DNA of 32,000 nucleotides from Methanothermobacter marburgensis str. Marburg (GCF_000145295.1 NC_014408.1:1482794-1514793), one strand, 5' to 3'. Shown: positions 7,745 through 19,028, counted from the stretch's first letter. Notes: a model not told the origin generated them from the sequence alone. A program made the numbers and translations.

Positions 7745-9016
7745 GTGAATGTTGGACTCATAGGATTTGGAACAATCGGGGCAGGGGTTGTGGAGATATT
7801 CAACACCAACCATGACCTCATAAGAGAAAAAACTGGAAAGGACCTGAAACTCAAAAGGGTGGTTGACCTTGACATAGAAACGGACCGTGGCGTTGATATA
7901 GACCCTGAGATACTCTCAACAGACGCTGATGATATCCTCAATGACCCTGAAATCGATATCGTGATAGAGCTCATAGGGGGCTATGAACCGGCCAGGAGCT
8001 TCATACTGAGGGCACTGGAAAATGGTAAGCACGTTGTAACAGCCAACAAGGCACTTCTCGCCAGACACTGGGATGAGATAATGGCCACTGCAAGGGAGAA
8101 TGGAGTGAGGATCGCATTCGAGGCCAGTGTGGGTGGAGGCATACCCGTGCTGAGGGCCCTCAACGAGTCCCTTGCAGCCAACAGGATAAAATCCATTTAT
8201 GGTATAATAAATGGCACAGCCAACTATATCCTCACAAGGATGGCCTCTGAGGGCATGGAATTTGATGATGTCCTCAGGGAGGCCCAGAGGCTCGGTTATG
8301 CTGAGAGAGATCCCACATTCGATATTGAGGGTCATGACACCGCCCAGAAGCTGATAATACTGGCTCTACTTGGCTTTGGCGTTTATGTACCCGAAGAGGA
8401 CCTCCACGTGGAGGGTATAAGCAAAATAAGGCGTGATGACATTGAATACGCAAATAATGAGCTTGGTTGCAGTGTTAAACTTCTTGCAACGGCCTCTCTG
8501 GATGATGGTGAGCTGGAAATGGGTGTCATGCCCTTCCTTGTACCCCATGAACACCTGCTTTCATCTGTAAATGGCGTGTTCAACGGCATATACATCACAG
8601 GTGACTTCACCGGCCCTGTGATGTTCTATGGTAAGGGGGCCGGGAGGAGGGCCACTGCAAGTGCAGTTGTTGCAGACTGTATGGACATCGCCCTGAACCC
8701 TGAAAGTCCGCTGCAGCCAGGACCCGGTGTCAGGATGGTTGAATCCATAAGGGAGTTCCGAGAAACCAGATCAAGGTACTATATCAGGCTCGATGCAGTT
8801 GACAGGCCAGGGGTCCTCCATGAGATAGCCGGGGCCTTCAGCAGGCATGAAATAAGCATTGAATCGGTTACACAGAAGGGTGCACTTGAGGGGGAATCTG
8901 TACCCATATACATAGTGACCCATGAGGCAGCCGAGGGCGACATTCAGAGCGCCATCAGGGAGATATCTGAAATTCGGTGGGTCACGGGTGAACCTGTCCG
9001 CCTTAAAATACTCTAA
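7745..9016 (+). CDS. hom: Homoserine dehydrogenase with C-terminal ACT domain
   Basis: [13 protein letters not shown] gives the Rossmann motif. The central region contains [11 protein letters not shown]...INGTANYIL...[13 protein letters not shown]. The C-terminus ([21 protein letters not shown]) is ACT-like. GTG start with GGAGGT 6 nt upstream. Confidence 0.9.
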   Translation: MNVGLIGFGTIGAGVVEIFNTNHDLIREKTGKDLKLKRVVDLDIETDRGVDIDPEILSTDADDILNDPEIDIVIELIGGYEPARSFILRALENGKHVVTANKALLARHWDEIMATARENGVRIAFEASVGGGIPVLRALNESLAANRIKSIYGIINGTANYILTRMASEGMEFDDVLREAQRLGYAERDPTFDIEGHDTAQKLIILALLGFGVYVPEEDLHVEGISKIRRDDIEYANNELGCSVKLLATASLDDGELEMGVMPFLVPHEHLLSSVNGVFNGIYITGDFTGPVMFYGKGAGRRATASAVVADCMDIALNPESPLQPGPGVRMVESIREFRETRSRYYIRLDAVDRPGVLHEIAGAFSRHEISIESVTQKGALEGESVPIYIVTHEAAEGDIQSAIREISEIRWVTGEPVRLKIL

Positions 9017-9044
9017 TTTTTTAAACCTCCTCTTTTTATTTTTC
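9017..9044 (+). terminator. Oligo-T termination region after hom
   Basis: T6, T5 and T5 runs begin immediately after the TAA stop. Archaeal terminators are typically oligo-T tracts. Confidence 0.4.
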
Positions 9045-9153
9045 AGACTTATATATCACGTAAACCCCGGCATGAGTTCCTTCATCCAGGGTTTCCACCA
9101 CCATACTTAATACTTATTAATAAATTAATAATAATACAGTGGTGGTGAATCCT

Positions 9154-9924
9154 ATGTCCATTGCGGTTTCCATGATATCTGAATTCATGTTCTGTCCCAT
9201 GAAGGTATATCTCCGTGAACTCCTGGGGATCAGTGAGCCGGGTAACAGGTTTGCAATAAGGTTAAGGGATACTTACCTCGATTTCAGGGCAGCTGCTGAG
9301 AGCAGAGCCCGAAAGATTGACGAGGATATCAGGATGGATGAACTGGAATCCATCCTCAGGGAGGACCTCGAGGGGATAATAAGAGGCCTTGATGAAACTG
9401 AAAGGGATAAGACAATGGACCTCATGCTCTTTGAGGTTGAAGCCACTGCAAACAGGATAATTAGGGCTATGAGCACCCTTGGGCTTTCAGGAGACATGGT
9501 GGCCCATGTGCTGTTTCCCCCATTGATCAGGGATTACCCGATAAACGATCCCTCCCTTGAGATCCATGGACGTGTAACCATGGAGCTGGTTGATGGCTCC
9601 TACTACCCCCTGAAGATCAAGACCTCCAAACCTCCCTTCAGGGGTGTCTGGCCAGCCGACAGCCTTGAACTCACAGCACATGCGATCCTGGTTGAGAGGG
9701 AATTTGAGACAGAGACCATGGTTTCATTCATAGAATACATACTTCCCGGTGAGAGAAGACCCGTCCTGGCAGATTATGGGAGAAGGGAGTACCTCTTCGA
9801 TATTCTGGATGACATAAGAAGGATAAAGGATGACGGTGAGGTGCCTGAAGTTCAGGTAAAACCCTCTAAATGTGCCAGCTGCGGTCTTGCAGAGACCTGC
9901 TCACGGGAGGGTCCGTTTAAGTGA
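9154..9924 (+). CDS. Stand-alone Cas4-like / PD-(D/E)XK-fold protein with four-Cys Fe-S cluster signature (DUF83-like)
   Basis: N-terminal SMISEFMFCPMKVYL supplies one Cys. C-terminal KCASCGLAETC supplies CxxCx5C. Overall colinearity with Cas4 was judged by eye. ATG 9154 is preceded by GGTGA at 5-nt spacing; the track start GTG 9139 is less likely. Confidence 0.65.
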   Translation: MSIAVSMISEFMFCPMKVYLRELLGISEPGNRFAIRLRDTYLDFRAAAESRARKIDEDIRMDELESILREDLEGIIRGLDETERDKTMDLMLFEVEATANRIIRAMSTLGLSGDMVAHVLFPPLIRDYPINDPSLEIHGRVTMELVDGSYYPLKIKTSKPPFRGVWPADSLELTAHAILVEREFETETMVSFIEYILPGERRPVLADYGRREYLFDILDDIRRIKDDGEVPEVQVKPSKCASCGLAETCSREGPFK

Positions 9925-10075
9925 CGGCGTTATAGCATCGCCTGCACAATAAACCCACATGAGATCACAATCCGCTGTACAATAATCATCAACATGTAAA
10001 AAAGACCCCGACATCCTGCCACTAAAATGATTAGAATTAAATAAACGTTAAAACATAATAATTCAAGGTGATGAT

Positions 10076-10345
10076 ATGAAGGAGGAGCTTCTTAAAAAGT
10101 GTGAGGATATTGACAGCCCGGATGTGATGAGCAGTTGCCGTGTTCTCCTGGAACTCGCTGCCAAGAAGAAGGATGAAATACCCGAAGAGGACCAGACCTA
10201 CCTTGAAATGGCAGAGAACCTCAAGCCATCAGATGTATCAAAGGTCCTTGAACTGGCCCTTAAAATAAGGGAAAGTGGTGATATAAAGGACCCTGAACTC
10301 AAAAACGCGGCCAGTAAACTTATAAGGGCCATCGAGATGAGCTGA
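10076..10345 (+). CDS. Small acidic, probably all-helical hypothetical protein (89 aa)
   Basis: AGGTGA lies 4 nt upstream of the ATG, and a T7 run follows the stop. No motif recognised. Confidence 0.6.
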   Translation: MKEELLKKCEDIDSPDVMSSCRVLLELAAKKKDEIPEEDQTYLEMAENLKPSDVSKVLELALKIRESGDIKDPELKNAASKLIRAIEMS

Positions 10346-10350
10346 AGCCC

Positions 10351-10370
10351 TTATTTTTTTATCTCTTATT
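10351..10370 (+). terminator. Oligo-T terminator after the 89-aa gene
   Basis: TTATTTTTTTATCTCTTATT begins 6 nt after the stop. Confidence 0.4.
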
Positions 10371-10377
10371 CTGGTGG

Positions 10378-11034
10378 CTAGAATTTTTCACCCCTTACCT
10401 TTTCGATGTTAAAAACCGCTGTGTCTGCAACCGCCATTACACTCATAACCCCCGCCTGTATGGGGTCTGTCACCACAAGATCCACAACATCTGTGACGCT
10501 CCCTGGCATGTTGAGGCTTATGACGATGATGTCATGTTCACCTTTAACCCTCTCAACAGCCCTTGTGATCTCCCCTCCCATGAGTGAACCGGCAAGTACC
10601 AGTGCGGCCACCCTTGGAAGCCTCCCAACGGCGCTGACAGCCTCCGCGAGTTCAGCCTCGCCCACGAGGGGTATGGTGTCGATGCTTATGCGCTCGCCCC
10701 TTATGTTGTGCCTGTCGGCCTCGCTGATGGCGCCCATGGCAACCTGGGACACCTGGGCCCCGCCTCCTATTATGATTATCCTCTTACCATAGATCTCCTC
10801 AAGTGACCTGTGCACCCTGACATCAACCACGGTTTTCGAGGCTCTGATTTCATCCAGGAGGGACTCCATGTCCTCCACATCCTCAAGTTCCATGTATATG
10901 GAGCCATGGCCATCCCTTTCAACATAGAGGTGGGCGTAGGTGATGTTTATGTTCCTTGAGGCTATCATGCCGGTTATCTCACTGAGAACCCCTGGCCTCT
11001 CAACCGTCTTTATACTGAGAGCCGCTGAACTCAT
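10378..11034 (-). CDS. ehbQ: EhbQ: ACT-domain protein, last gene of the ehb operon
   Basis: The N-terminus [29 protein letters not shown] is ACT-like. A C-terminal domain of about 130 aa carries [10 protein letters not shown]. Its position as the 17th gene matches the ehbA-Q order described for Methanothermobacter. Confidence 0.8.
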   Translation of the reverse strand: MSSAALSIKTVERPGVLSEITGMIASRNINITYAHLYVERDGHGSIYMELEDVEDMESLLDEIRASKTVVDVRVHRSLEEIYGKRIIIIGGGAQVSQVAMGAISEADRHNIRGERISIDTIPLVGEAELAEAVSAVGRLPRVAALVLAGSLMGGEITRAVERVKGEHDIIVISLNMPGSVTDVVDLVVTDPIQAGVMSVMAVADTAVFNIEKVRGEKF

Positions 11035-11051
11035 TTAAACCACGAAAAAAT

Positions 11052-11303
11052 TTAATCTGAAGCCTCCAGGAGGGCCTTCTCCCTCCTCCAGAGGCTCAGG
11101 TAGTTATCCTCATCCCTTACAGGTATTATTCTGAGGCCCAGTTTCCTGTGTTCCTCTATCCAGTCCTCATCAAACACAGGGACCTCTATCTTGATGTGCT
11201 CGTCGGTGGGATTCACGACTATGAGGTTCCTGTAGGGGAACTCCAGTTCCACTATGTATCCGCCGAGGCTTATCATGTGATGCGGTCTTATAACCATCTT
11301 CAT
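11052..11303 (-). CDS. ehbP: EhbP: small hydrophilic subunit or accessory protein of unknown function
   Basis: 83-aa ORF between ehbO and ehbQ. Assigned by position only. Confidence 0.7.
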   Translation of the reverse strand: MKMVIRPHHMISLGGYIVELEFPYRNLIVVNPTDEHIKIEVPVFDEDWIEEHRKLGLRIIPVRDEDNYLSLWRREKALLEASD

Positions 11304-11313
11304 GTTATCACCT

Positions 11314-12312
11314 TCATACGAATGCCACCACCAGTGCCAGGACCCCTATCACCGATGCTGCTGCTGTTACCGGGTAGAACTGCTTGAAAGTGAATACCGG
11401 TGCAAATGCACTGAAGACCGCCATGATTATTGGGAATATTACTGCAGCTGCCAGGTTGACGAGTATGCCCCAGCTGAGTATGTTTGGGGGTACCCCGATG
11501 AAAAGTACAGAGAACAGACACCCCAGTGTGAACATGAGGAATCCCCTAGTTATGTAGACGAATGCCCTGTACTTTGAAGCGTACTCCATGTATGGCCCCT
11601 CTATAACATCGGCCTTGGTCTTGAGTATGGCGAAGGGGTACTCGTTGAGGAGTATCATGTAGCCGATGAAGAATGCCACGGTACCTATAACCCCTGCAAG
11701 GGTGAAGAGTACCGGGCCATTGGCTGCCTGGTATGCCACGATGTCCCCAATGGATATGCTTCCAGCCATAACCGCAGGCACGAAGAGTGCGATGTATATG
11801 GGGAATGAACCGAATGCAATCAGCCTGAAAGCCCTCATTGCACTTAGATCCTCAAGGAAGTACCTCTGGACATTGGGGTGTTTGGCCCCCTTTGCAAGGT
11901 CAGGGAATGGCATTCTGAGGGACATTACTGACCTTGAGAGTGAACCCATGAAGACGTAGATCACCTCCTCTATCTTGAGGAATCCTACAACCGCCACGAG
12001 GCTTGCGAGGGCCCCAAAGGTGTACATTGGGGGTATGAGGAAGATAAGTATGAGGAGTGCTGATATGAACCCTACAATGGGGAGTGAGTTGTAGAGGCGT
12101 GGGAGTGGTGAGCATGGCTCAATGGTCCTCTTGTAAAAGAACTTGAGTGCAGCCATGAGTCCCGGGCTTGAAACAGGGGGTCCTATGCGCTGCTGTATCC
12201 TTGCATGGACAAATTTCCTCTCAATACCTGGCAGCCAGAGGCTTACAATCAATCCAAGTAGGACTGTTCCAGTGACAGATATGATTGAATATGATGCGTC
12301 CACTTTGATCAC
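11314..12312 (-). CDS. ehbO: EhbO: integral membrane subunit (NuoH/HycD/CooK-like)
   Basis: Polytopic hydrophobic 332-aa protein. Its start overlaps the ehbN stop by 4 nt (ATGA). Confidence 0.85.
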   Translation of the reverse strand: MIKVDASYSIISVTGTVLLGLIVSLWLPGIERKFVHARIQQRIGPPVSSPGLMAALKFFYKRTIEPCSPLPRLYNSLPIVGFISALLILIFLIPPMYTFGALASLVAVVGFLKIEEVIYVFMGSLSRSVMSLRMPFPDLAKGAKHPNVQRYFLEDLSAMRAFRLIAFGSFPIYIALFVPAVMAGSISIGDIVAYQAANGPVLFTLAGVIGTVAFFIGYMILLNEYPFAILKTKADVIEGPYMEYASKYRAFVYITRGFLMFTLGCLFSVLFIGVPPNILSWGILVNLAAAVIFPIIMAVFSAFAPVFTFKQFYPVTAAASVIGVLALVVAFV

Positions 12313-13439
12313 CTTTCAGCATTGAGGTCTATTATTTCAATTGCCCTGTCTGTGCATGTGAAGCAGGGATCGCACTGCACTATACCGAGCTGTGCATCGG
12401 TGATGTGGTGGCCTATGCAGGCATACTGCATGGCACCAATGTTTGACATTGAGGGTGTCCTTATTATTGAACCCCTCACCCTTCCATCCTCTATTGCATA
12501 GGAGTGGTAGAGTCTCCCCCTTGGGGCCTCAACGTAGCTCTTCACTATCCCTGTATCCTGCATCTCCCAGTTCCTGTCAACAACCCTTCCATCCGGGAGG
12601 TCCCTCAGGGCCTGTCTTATTATATTTATGGATTCAAATATCTCGAGGACCCTCATGAGGAGGTTTGCCCTGACATCTCCACCATCCTGGGTTATGACAT
12701 CAAATTCAAATGGGTCATAGCATGGCATTTCAGTCCTTAAGTCAAATTCAACACCAGTTGCCCTGAGTGTTGGGCCTGTTACATGTAATCTGAGGGCATC
12801 CTTCCTGCTTATGGGGCAGACCCCTGTTATACGGGACATCACCATTGGATCGGAGGTGAACCTCTCTGCAAAGGCCTCAACCTTCTCCTCTATGAAGTCC
12901 ATTCCCTCACTTATCCTCTGGGTCTTCATCTCATCAAGGTCTGCCCTCGGTCTTATACCACCAATGATGGGTACACCGTACTGTACCCTGTTACCCCCTA
13001 TGAGCCTCAGAAGCTCCATGACTGTCTCCCTTATGTAGAATAGCCTCATGGAGAATGTTTCATGGCCAAGGACCTCATTTCCATGGGCCAGATAGAGAAG
13101 GTGGCTGTGGATTCTTTCAAGTTCCCCAACTATTATCCTTATGTAGGATGCCCTTTCGGGTATCTCCACGCCAAGGCCCTTTTCAGCCACCAGGACTGAA
13201 TTCCAGAGGTGGACACCTGAACAGATTCCGCATACCTTCTCTGTCAGGCTGTTGGCCTTCTCCACGGGGAGGCCCTCCATTATCCTTTCAATACCCCTGT
13301 GGTTGACCCCGACGGTTATCTCGGCGTCTCTGACTATTTCATCCTCAACGAACAGCCTCACACGGTAGGGTTCTATGGCTGCCGAGTGCACGGTACCCAT
13401 TGTTATTTCTGTCTCAATTATCTCCCTTTTCCCATCCAT
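12309..13439 (-). CDS. ehbN: EhbN: [NiFe]-hydrogenase large subunit (NuoD/HycE-like)
   Basis: The Ni-Fe ligand motifs are [11 protein letters not shown] near the N-terminus and DPCFTCTDR at the C-terminus. ATG 13439 follows AGGGTG at 6-nt spacing; the track start is GTG 13448. Confidence 0.92.
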   Translation of the reverse strand: MDGKREIIETEITMGTVHSAAIEPYRVRLFVEDEIVRDAEITVGVNHRGIERIMEGLPVEKANSLTEKVCGICSGVHLWNSVLVAEKGLGVEIPERASYIRIIVGELERIHSHLLYLAHGNEVLGHETFSMRLFYIRETVMELLRLIGGNRVQYGVPIIGGIRPRADLDEMKTQRISEGMDFIEEKVEAFAERFTSDPMVMSRITGVCPISRKDALRLHVTGPTLRATGVEFDLRTEMPCYDPFEFDVITQDGGDVRANLLMRVLEIFESINIIRQALRDLPDGRVVDRNWEMQDTGIVKSYVEAPRGRLYHSYAIEDGRVRGSIIRTPSMSNIGAMQYACIGHHITDAQLGIVQCDPCFTCTDRAIEIIDLNAER

Positions 13440-13457
13440 TGTAAGCACCCTGAATTA

Positions 13458-13904
13458 TCAATCTGCCTCCAGAAGTTTTGGCAGTGCTGCGACTGCCCCT
13501 GCAAGGACATCTTCAGGTCTTACCGCGCATCCAGGGACCTTTGCATCCACAGGTATGACCTTATCCACTGGGCCGCAGATTTCCTCTGAGGGGATGTCCC
13601 CATGTATATTCTTGTAGACCCCGCCCATCAGAGCGCAGGCCCCTGCAGCTATAACCGCCTTGGGTTCTGGTATTGCATTGTATATCTCCTTAAGTGGCCC
13701 CTCGTTCTGTTTTGTGACCGGACCGGTTACTATGAGTACATCGGCCTCCCTGGGGTTCCATGTCAGGAAGATCTTGTACTGTTCGGCGTCATATTTTGGT
13801 GAGAGAACTGCGTTCACTATCTCTATGTCGCAGCCGTTGCATCCCCCGGTGTATACGAGCATTGCATGTACAGCTCTTGCCCTTGAAAATGATTTAAGAC
13901 CCAT
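13458..13904 (-). CDS. ehbM: EhbM: hydrogenase small subunit (NuoB/HycG-like, single [4Fe-4S])
   Basis: Shows the NuoB-type Cys pattern GGCNGCDIE ... GACALMGG ... [14 protein letters not shown] lies upstream. Confidence 0.9.
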   Translation of the reverse strand: MGLKSFSRARAVHAMLVYTGGCNGCDIEIVNAVLSPKYDAEQYKIFLTWNPREADVLIVTGPVTKQNEGPLKEIYNAIPEPKAVIAAGACALMGGVYKNIHGDIPSEEICGPVDKVIPVDAKVPGCAVRPEDVLAGAVAALPKLLEAD

Positions 13905-13914
13905 AATCCATCAC

Positions 13915-14436
13915 CTACATCTTCCTTGCAGCCTCTGCAAGGGTATCGGTCCTCTTTATAACGCTTTTATCCGCCAGAAACTGTGATATGAACTTCAGTT
14001 TGTCCTCACTTATCTTAACGGGTTTCTGAAGTATGGATCCGGCGTCAAATTCCACCTCTCCCACATCATTGGGGTGGATGGTCCCTGGTTCCCCGAATAG
14101 TGCGTAGAGGGGGCAGAAGTCATGGCAGTAATAGCAGTGAACACACTTTTCACTATTGAGGACCGGTATCTGTTTCTTTATGAGGCCCTCTATGATCTCA
14201 ACTGGTTCATCCAGGTCCTTCATCTCGATGGCCCCTGTTGGGCATGCATTTGAGCATCCAGCACATCCTATACATGATACCTCCGCAACCTTTGGTTCTG
14301 GTTCCACTGTGCCCTCAAGGATCCTTTTTCTCAGTTCCATGTCCGTTACCCTGTCTGCTGCAAAGAGTATCCTCTTGAGGTTTGTGTAGGAACCCTCCAG
14401 CATTATCCTTAATATGTTCTTCACCTGAGCCACCAT
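13915..14436 (-). CDS. ehbL: EhbL: 2x[4Fe-4S] ferredoxin subunit
   Basis: Two motifs: [12 protein letters not shown] and [12 protein letters not shown]. Confidence 0.9.
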   Translation of the reverse strand: MVAQVKNILRIMLEGSYTNLKRILFAADRVTDMELRKRILEGTVEPEPKVAEVSCIGCAGCSNACPTGAIEMKDLDEPVEIIEGLIKKQIPVLNSEKCVHCYYCHDFCPLYALFGEPGTIHPNDVGEVEFDAGSILQKPVKISEDKLKFISQFLADKSVIKRTDTLAEAARKM

Positions 14437-14439
14437 CCA

Positions 14440-15783
14440 TTAATCTGATAAACCGAACTCCCTCTCAAAGAGAACCGCCCTTGCAGGGCATATGTTTGAA
14501 CATGCGCCGCAGTGTATGCATTTATCCTCATCCACCATCATGAGACCGCTTTCATCCTTTGATATTGCATCTTCGGGGCATATCTCCAGGCAGAGGCCGC
14601 ATCCGATGCACAGGCGGGGGTCTATGAGTGTGAAACCTCCTGTTATCCTTCTCTTCTTCATGGTAGTTTTTGGTATGGCATCTGCGGGGCAGTGGATTCC
14701 GCACTTCTCACAGAGTATGCATTTATCGGTGTCCACCTCTATGGAGCCCCTCTTAAGGGTTATGGCATCAACAGGACATATCTCTGAGCACACACCACAG
14801 GATATGCAGTCCTCTGAAACCGAGCCGTCCCATCTCACCGTCTTGAAGTCACGGGCCCTGCTCACATCACACGCCCTGACGCAGCGGCCACAGGATACGC
14901 AGTAGCCCCTCAGTTCCCCGTCAACCATCCTCAGGGTTCCAGCGGGACATGCGTCTATGCAGGGGGTTTCATCGCAGTCCCTGCAGAGGGATGGGTCGTA
15001 TCTCAGCTTGCCATCAACCATTTTGAGGGCGCCCCTTTCACAGGCTCCGGCGCAGAGCCCGCAGTTGAGGCAGGATACTATGCTGCCCTCAAGCTCTGTT
15101 TCTGGCCTCCTTATCTTCACCTCAAAGTCATCCACGTATATTGCTCTGCTCGGGCATTCCCTCAGGCATTTGAGGCAGAGTGTGCACTTCTCAGGGTCTA
15201 TCTCAAGGTCCTCTATTGCCCCCACAGGACAGACATCCTCGCAGACACGACACTCTGTGCATACTCCCTCATCTGTATCAACGATTATCGCCCCTGTTGG
15301 ACAGTAGTACTGGCATCTCCTGCAGAGGGTGCATTTCTCAGGGTCGGTGATCACATTTATCCTTGTGGCCTCATGGCTCTGTGGTGTTCTCCTCACAGGT
15401 GGTTTCACCGCCAGGTTGAGTGATTCCAGGAAGCGGAGCTGTCTGTCCTCTATGAGGTCAAATGCATCCACCCTTGCCCCAAGTGGGCATTTATCCACAC
15501 ATAGACCACACCTTGCACATATGCCCTTAACGACACCGTCCTCTATCCTTATGCTGTTTACGGGGCACGTCATCTCACAGACACCGCAGGCGTTGCACTT
15601 TGCCCTGTCAACCACGTATCCCCCGTATCTGTTCCTGCGTATTGCCTTGTTTGGACAGGCCTCCATGCATGCACCGCAGGTTATGCAGCTGAAGGCCCTC
15701 CCATCAATCATCCTTATTGCTTCAGTCGGGCATGCCCTGATGCATTCTCCAAGTCCCTCACATTTTCCTGTTGATATGAACAT
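14440..15783 (-). CDS. ehbK: EhbK: polyferredoxin with 14 [4Fe-4S]-type Cys motifs
   Basis: I count 14 motifs: 11 canonical CxxCxxCxxxC[P/E/D]-type motifs plus three variants (see the EhbK finding). This matches the published description of EhbK. Confidence 0.92.
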   Translation of the reverse strand: MFISTGKCEGLGECIRACPTEAIRMIDGRAFSCITCGACMEACPNKAIRRNRYGGYVVDRAKCNACGVCEMTCPVNSIRIEDGVVKGICARCGLCVDKCPLGARVDAFDLIEDRQLRFLESLNLAVKPPVRRTPQSHEATRINVITDPEKCTLCRRCQYYCPTGAIIVDTDEGVCTECRVCEDVCPVGAIEDLEIDPEKCTLCLKCLRECPSRAIYVDDFEVKIRRPETELEGSIVSCLNCGLCAGACERGALKMVDGKLRYDPSLCRDCDETPCIDACPAGTLRMVDGELRGYCVSCGRCVRACDVSRARDFKTVRWDGSVSEDCISCGVCSEICPVDAITLKRGSIEVDTDKCILCEKCGIHCPADAIPKTTMKKRRITGGFTLIDPRLCIGCGLCLEICPEDAISKDESGLMMVDEDKCIHCGACSNICPARAVLFEREFGLSD

Positions 15784-15804
15784 GATACTAACCCCATGAT
15801 ATTA

Positions 15805-16032
15805 TCAGCGCCCAAGTAAGAGTTTACCCACCACTATACCTGCTGCTGCCGCTGCAAACCCTGTGGCAATGGGGATATCGGTGTAGTACGGGAATGGGCC
15901 GATGTTCCATGCCACCAGGATGAGTACTAGGAGCAGCACAATGTAGGTGGATGCAGGAAACTCATCATCCCTTATTCTGCTTCCAAGTATGAATCCAAGT
16001 AGAAACCCGAAGATTATTGGACCTGTAAACAT
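15805..16032 (-). CDS. ehbJ: EhbJ: small two-TM membrane subunit
   Basis: ATG 16032 lies 13 nt after the ehbI stop. The track start GTG 16065 would overlap ehbI by 20 nt. The protein is hydrophobic. Confidence 0.65.
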   Translation of the reverse strand: MFTGPIIFGFLLGFILGSRIRDDEFPASTYIVLLLVLILVAWNIGPFPYYTDIPIATGFAAAAAGIVVGKLLLGR

Positions 16033-16045
16033 TCCTGATTCCCCA

Positions 16046-16507
16046 CTATTCTGTGACCTCTTCACCCCTGAACTCCATGAAGGTTATTACGATTGCACTG
16101 AGCCCCACGAGGACCTTGAGGCCCACAACTATGTTGAGGTAGGGTATTATACCTGCATGCGTCGGGTCAGGGTAGTTGAAGAAGCCGCTGACACTCTGTG
16201 ATATGCCATAAAGGTCAACTCCCAGGTTGTAAAGGAAGAAACCTGAGAATAACAGGCCGCAGAGTCCCAGTGCAACGTATCCAAGCGCCCCTATGCTTTC
16301 CATTGCAGACATGAATTCATGTGAAAACTGGAAGGGGCTCTTTTCGATTCCGTATACTACTGCACAGAATATGAACCCGGCTGCAACCATCGCACCCCCC
16401 TGAAATCCTCCTCCAGGGGTTATGTGGCCCCCGAGCACTGTCAGGATCCCCAGGCACATTATAAATATTGCTGCAGGGAATGCGAATATCTTAAGTATTG
16501 TACTCAT
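16046..16507 (-). CDS. ehbI: EhbI: membrane subunit, MrpB/MnhB-like
   Basis: [19 protein letters not shown] is the MnhB-family signature. ATGA overlap with the ehbH stop. Confidence 0.8.
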   Translation of the reverse strand: MSTILKIFAFPAAIFIMCLGILTVLGGHITPGGGFQGGAMVAAGFIFCAVVYGIEKSPFQFSHEFMSAMESIGALGYVALGLCGLLFSGFFLYNLGVDLYGISQSVSGFFNYPDPTHAGIIPYLNIVVGLKVLVGLSAIVITFMEFRGEEVTE

Positions 16508-16839
16508 CTCTCTTTCCCTCCATCATCTCTCCCTATCTGGACCTTACCCCTTCCAAATACTAGAAGGGTTACAAGTACAGCCGTGACAAGTATAAGGGCC
16601 TCTCCAAGTGTATCGTAGGCCCTCCAGTCAAACACGACAACCGTCACCATGTTGGGGGCTATCTTTGTTCCGAGGTAATTGTAGATAATGCTTATTCCAG
16701 GGTTTATCACCTTGCTAAGGTCAATGATGGCATCAAAGAGTGTTACCCCGAAGAGGCCAAGGGCCACCGTTGCCATGAGCCCCCTGATGGATTCAGACAC
16801 CTGAACCACCCCAGTAGAATATTGAAACCAGTATTCCAA
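16504..16839 (-). CDS. ehbH: EhbH: membrane subunit, MrpB/MnhB-like (N-terminal part of the domain)
   Basis: [19 protein letters not shown] is MnhB-like. The start is uncertain: TTG 16839 (maximal ORF), GTG 16800 or ATG 16776 are all possible. Confidence 0.7.
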   Translation of the reverse strand: MEYWFQYSTGVVQVSESIRGLMATVALGLFGVTLFDAIIDLSKVINPGISIIYNYLGTKIAPNMVTVVVFDWRAYDTLGEALILVTAVLVTLLVFGRGKVQIGRDDGGKER

Positions 16840-17143
16840 GAGTCATGAGCGCATAGAATATCATCCTGCTGAACTCGTCCCCCTGTTCCCTTCTGAGTCT
16901 CACAGAGAGCGGGAACGAGGTCAGGAGGAATACTGCCAGCAGGAGAACCGTGAACACCATGAGGATGAAATTTATCTTCCTCAGCATCACCGCAGCTATC
17001 AGGACAGCTGCAGTTACGGTTATCTCTGCTGTGAGTGCTGCTGAGGCCGAAATGTTGCTTACTCCCTTCTCACCATCTTTTTCTGTTAATTCCCTTATCC
17101 TGTCTATTACCGTATCATAGAAGCTCATCTCATCCCCTCTCAT
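16793..17143 (-). CDS. ehbG: EhbG: membrane subunit of unknown function
   Basis: ATG 17143 overlaps the ehbF stop (ATGA); ATG 17128 is an alternative. The track start 17215 would overlap ehbF by 76 nt. Three predicted TM stretches. Confidence 0.65.
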   Translation of the reverse strand: MRGDEMSFYDTVIDRIRELTEKDGEKGVSNISASAALTAEITVTAAVLIAAVMLRKINFILMVFTVLLLAVFLLTSFPLSVRLRREQGDEFSRMIFYALMTLGILVSIFYWGGSGV

Positions 17144-18636
17144 ATTATAAGACCCTGTATCAGTGATGTGAACTGGGATGTTGCAATCCAGGGCGCCAGT
17201 CCCAGTGCCGTGCATATGAGAATCAGCACCACAAGTGAGAATACCGTTGACCTGGGGACCGATTCTGATTCCAGTTCCATTCCCTCAGGTTCGGGTCTGA
17301 GGTAAACCGAATAGAATGCCCTGAGGAAGGTCATGAAGGTGACTATGCTGAGGAGTATCATCACAACACCCAGCTCAGGGAATCCTGCCTGGATGGATGC
17401 CTGTATGAGCATCAGTTTGCTCTGGAATACATTGAATGGTGGTACACCCGCCATTATGAATCCTGAAAGCATCACGAGACCTGCAAGGCCTGGTTTATAT
17501 GCTATGAGACCTCCTATCCTTTCAGGGTCGGATCTTCCAGTCATGTAGAAGATTGTCCCGAAGCCCAGGAATATGCATGCTGTTATGAGGGCCTCGTTGA
17601 CAGCCTGAAAGAGACCGGCCGATATGCTGGCTGCGGTTCCAAGGCCAAGGCCTATTCCAATGTACCCCAGTTCACCCACCGCAAGGAAACCTATCATCCT
17701 CCTTAGATCCGTCTGCATGAGTGCCATGCTTATACCAAGAACCATCCCTGCCAGTGAGAAGAACACCATGGCCCACCTCACAAGAGGCATATGGTAGAAC
17801 ATTCTCAGTATGACCAGTGCAAGGGCTGTGAAGGTGAAGACAGAGAAGGCCTGAAGAAGTGCAGCACCATGGGGCAGGGCCTTGCTGTAGACCGCTGATT
17901 TGATGGTGTGGAATGGTGGGAGCCCCGTTCCGTAGAGCCACCCGAAGAGTATGAGTGATGATGCAAGCAGGAATAGGGGGCTGCCAGGGTTAACAAGGCC
18001 GCTTCTCATTGAAAATACTATATCTGATATGTTAACGTTGCCTGTCAGCGCAAGGAGTATGGCCACCCCCAGGAGGAGCATGGGGGCTGCCACTCCACCT
18101 ATCATCATGTATTTGAGTGCGGTTTCATAGCTGCGCTCCACCCCCGAGCAGAGTATCACACCAACCTGTGCAAGTGCCGCTATCTCAAAGAAGACATAGA
18201 GGTTGAATATGTCATCTGTGAGGACTATGGCTGTAACAGCTGCCGTTCCCATAAACATGAGGAATGCGTAGACGCCTGAAGGTTTCCTGACCTCATTGAG
18301 GGATGTTAAAACTGCCAGGAACGCCACGATTGATAGTATGAGCAGGAATATCCTCTGGGCACTTCCAAAGAGGTATGTTATCCCCGGGTGAAACGAGTAG
18401 AGGTACGATGACTTTACGGAGTCGGGCAGCCCTGATGCAATGGCAGGATTCTCGGATAGGGGGGCGTAGCCCCCAAAGTAATGTGCACCGTACCCTGCAA
18501 GGAGGGGTATGATTGGAAGCAAGATTGCCACTGCAACAGCCAGTGCCTTCACGGTTCTGTCCCTTCCATGAAGGAGGTTAAGTAGAAGTGCACACAGAAT
18601 CGGTAAAACCACCATGACCGGTATAAGTGGATTCAT
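17140..18636 (-). CDS. ehbF: EhbF: large antiporter-like membrane subunit (NuoN/NuoM/MrpD family)
   Basis: 498-aa polytopic protein with the overall MrpD/NuoN pattern. AGGTGA lies 6 nt upstream of the ATG. Confidence 0.88.
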   Translation of the reverse strand: MNPLIPVMVVLPILCALLLNLLHGRDRTVKALAVAVAILLPIIPLLAGYGAHYFGGYAPLSENPAIASGLPDSVKSSYLYSFHPGITYLFGSAQRIFLLILSIVAFLAVLTSLNEVRKPSGVYAFLMFMGTAAVTAIVLTDDIFNLYVFFEIAALAQVGVILCSGVERSYETALKYMMIGGVAAPMLLLGVAILLALTGNVNISDIVFSMRSGLVNPGSPLFLLASSLILFGWLYGTGLPPFHTIKSAVYSKALPHGAALLQAFSVFTFTALALVILRMFYHMPLVRWAMVFFSLAGMVLGISMALMQTDLRRMIGFLAVGELGYIGIGLGLGTAASISAGLFQAVNEALITACIFLGFGTIFYMTGRSDPERIGGLIAYKPGLAGLVMLSGFIMAGVPPFNVFQSKLMLIQASIQAGFPELGVVMILLSIVTFMTFLRAFYSVYLRPEPEGMELESESVPRSTVFSLVVLILICTALGLAPWIATSQFTSLIQGLII

Positions 18637-18665
18637 AATTTCTCACCTGTTAAACTCCTGATTTT

Positions 18666-19028
18666 TCACTCTTCCAGCACCTTGGACGCGCTTATGGTGC
18701 CGTGTTTATGGTAAAGGATTATTATTATGCCGAGCATCACAGCAAGGGTGCTGGCCCCTATAACTATGCTTGTGAGTACAAGTGCAAAGGGCAGCGGGTA
18801 GGATGCGTTCTGTGCAAACCATGTCCCTGACATTCCTGGAAGGTAAATGTAGACTATGCCCCCGGGCCTGTAGCCCAGTGTCACAAGGAAGAGGTTAACG
18901 CCGTCGGCTATGAATGAAAGGGCTATAACCTTCTTTATGAGGTTGTCTATGAATATCACGGCCACAGCACCTATGACCATGAGACTTCCTGCTGTCAGTA
19001 GGGATGCCAGCTGTAAAGAGATCATCAT
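18666..19028 (-). CDS. ehbE: EhbE: MrpC/NuoK-like membrane subunit
   Basis: [25 protein letters not shown] resembles MnhC/NuoK. ATGA overlap with the ehbD stop. Confidence 0.8.
   Translation of the reverse strand: MMISLQLASLLTAGSLMVIGAVAVIFIDNLIKKVIALSFIADGVNLFLVTLGYRPGGIVYIYLPGMSGTWFAQNASYPLPFALVLTSIVIGASTLAVMLGIIIILYHKHGTISASKVLEE

Noticed and set aside
9938-9996. Weak direct repeat CGCCTGCACAATAAACCCACATG / CCGCTGTACAATAATCATCAACATG in the gap after the Cas4-like gene
   Set aside because: It has many mismatches and needs an indel, so it is compatible with chance in an AT-rich spacer.
14492-15799. Three long plus-strand ORFs (137, 116 and 156 aa) antisense to ehbK
   Set aside because: They are shadow frames created by the repetitive Cys-codon-rich polyferredoxin sequence. 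They have no start context, and the products are Ser/His/Pro-rich nonsense.
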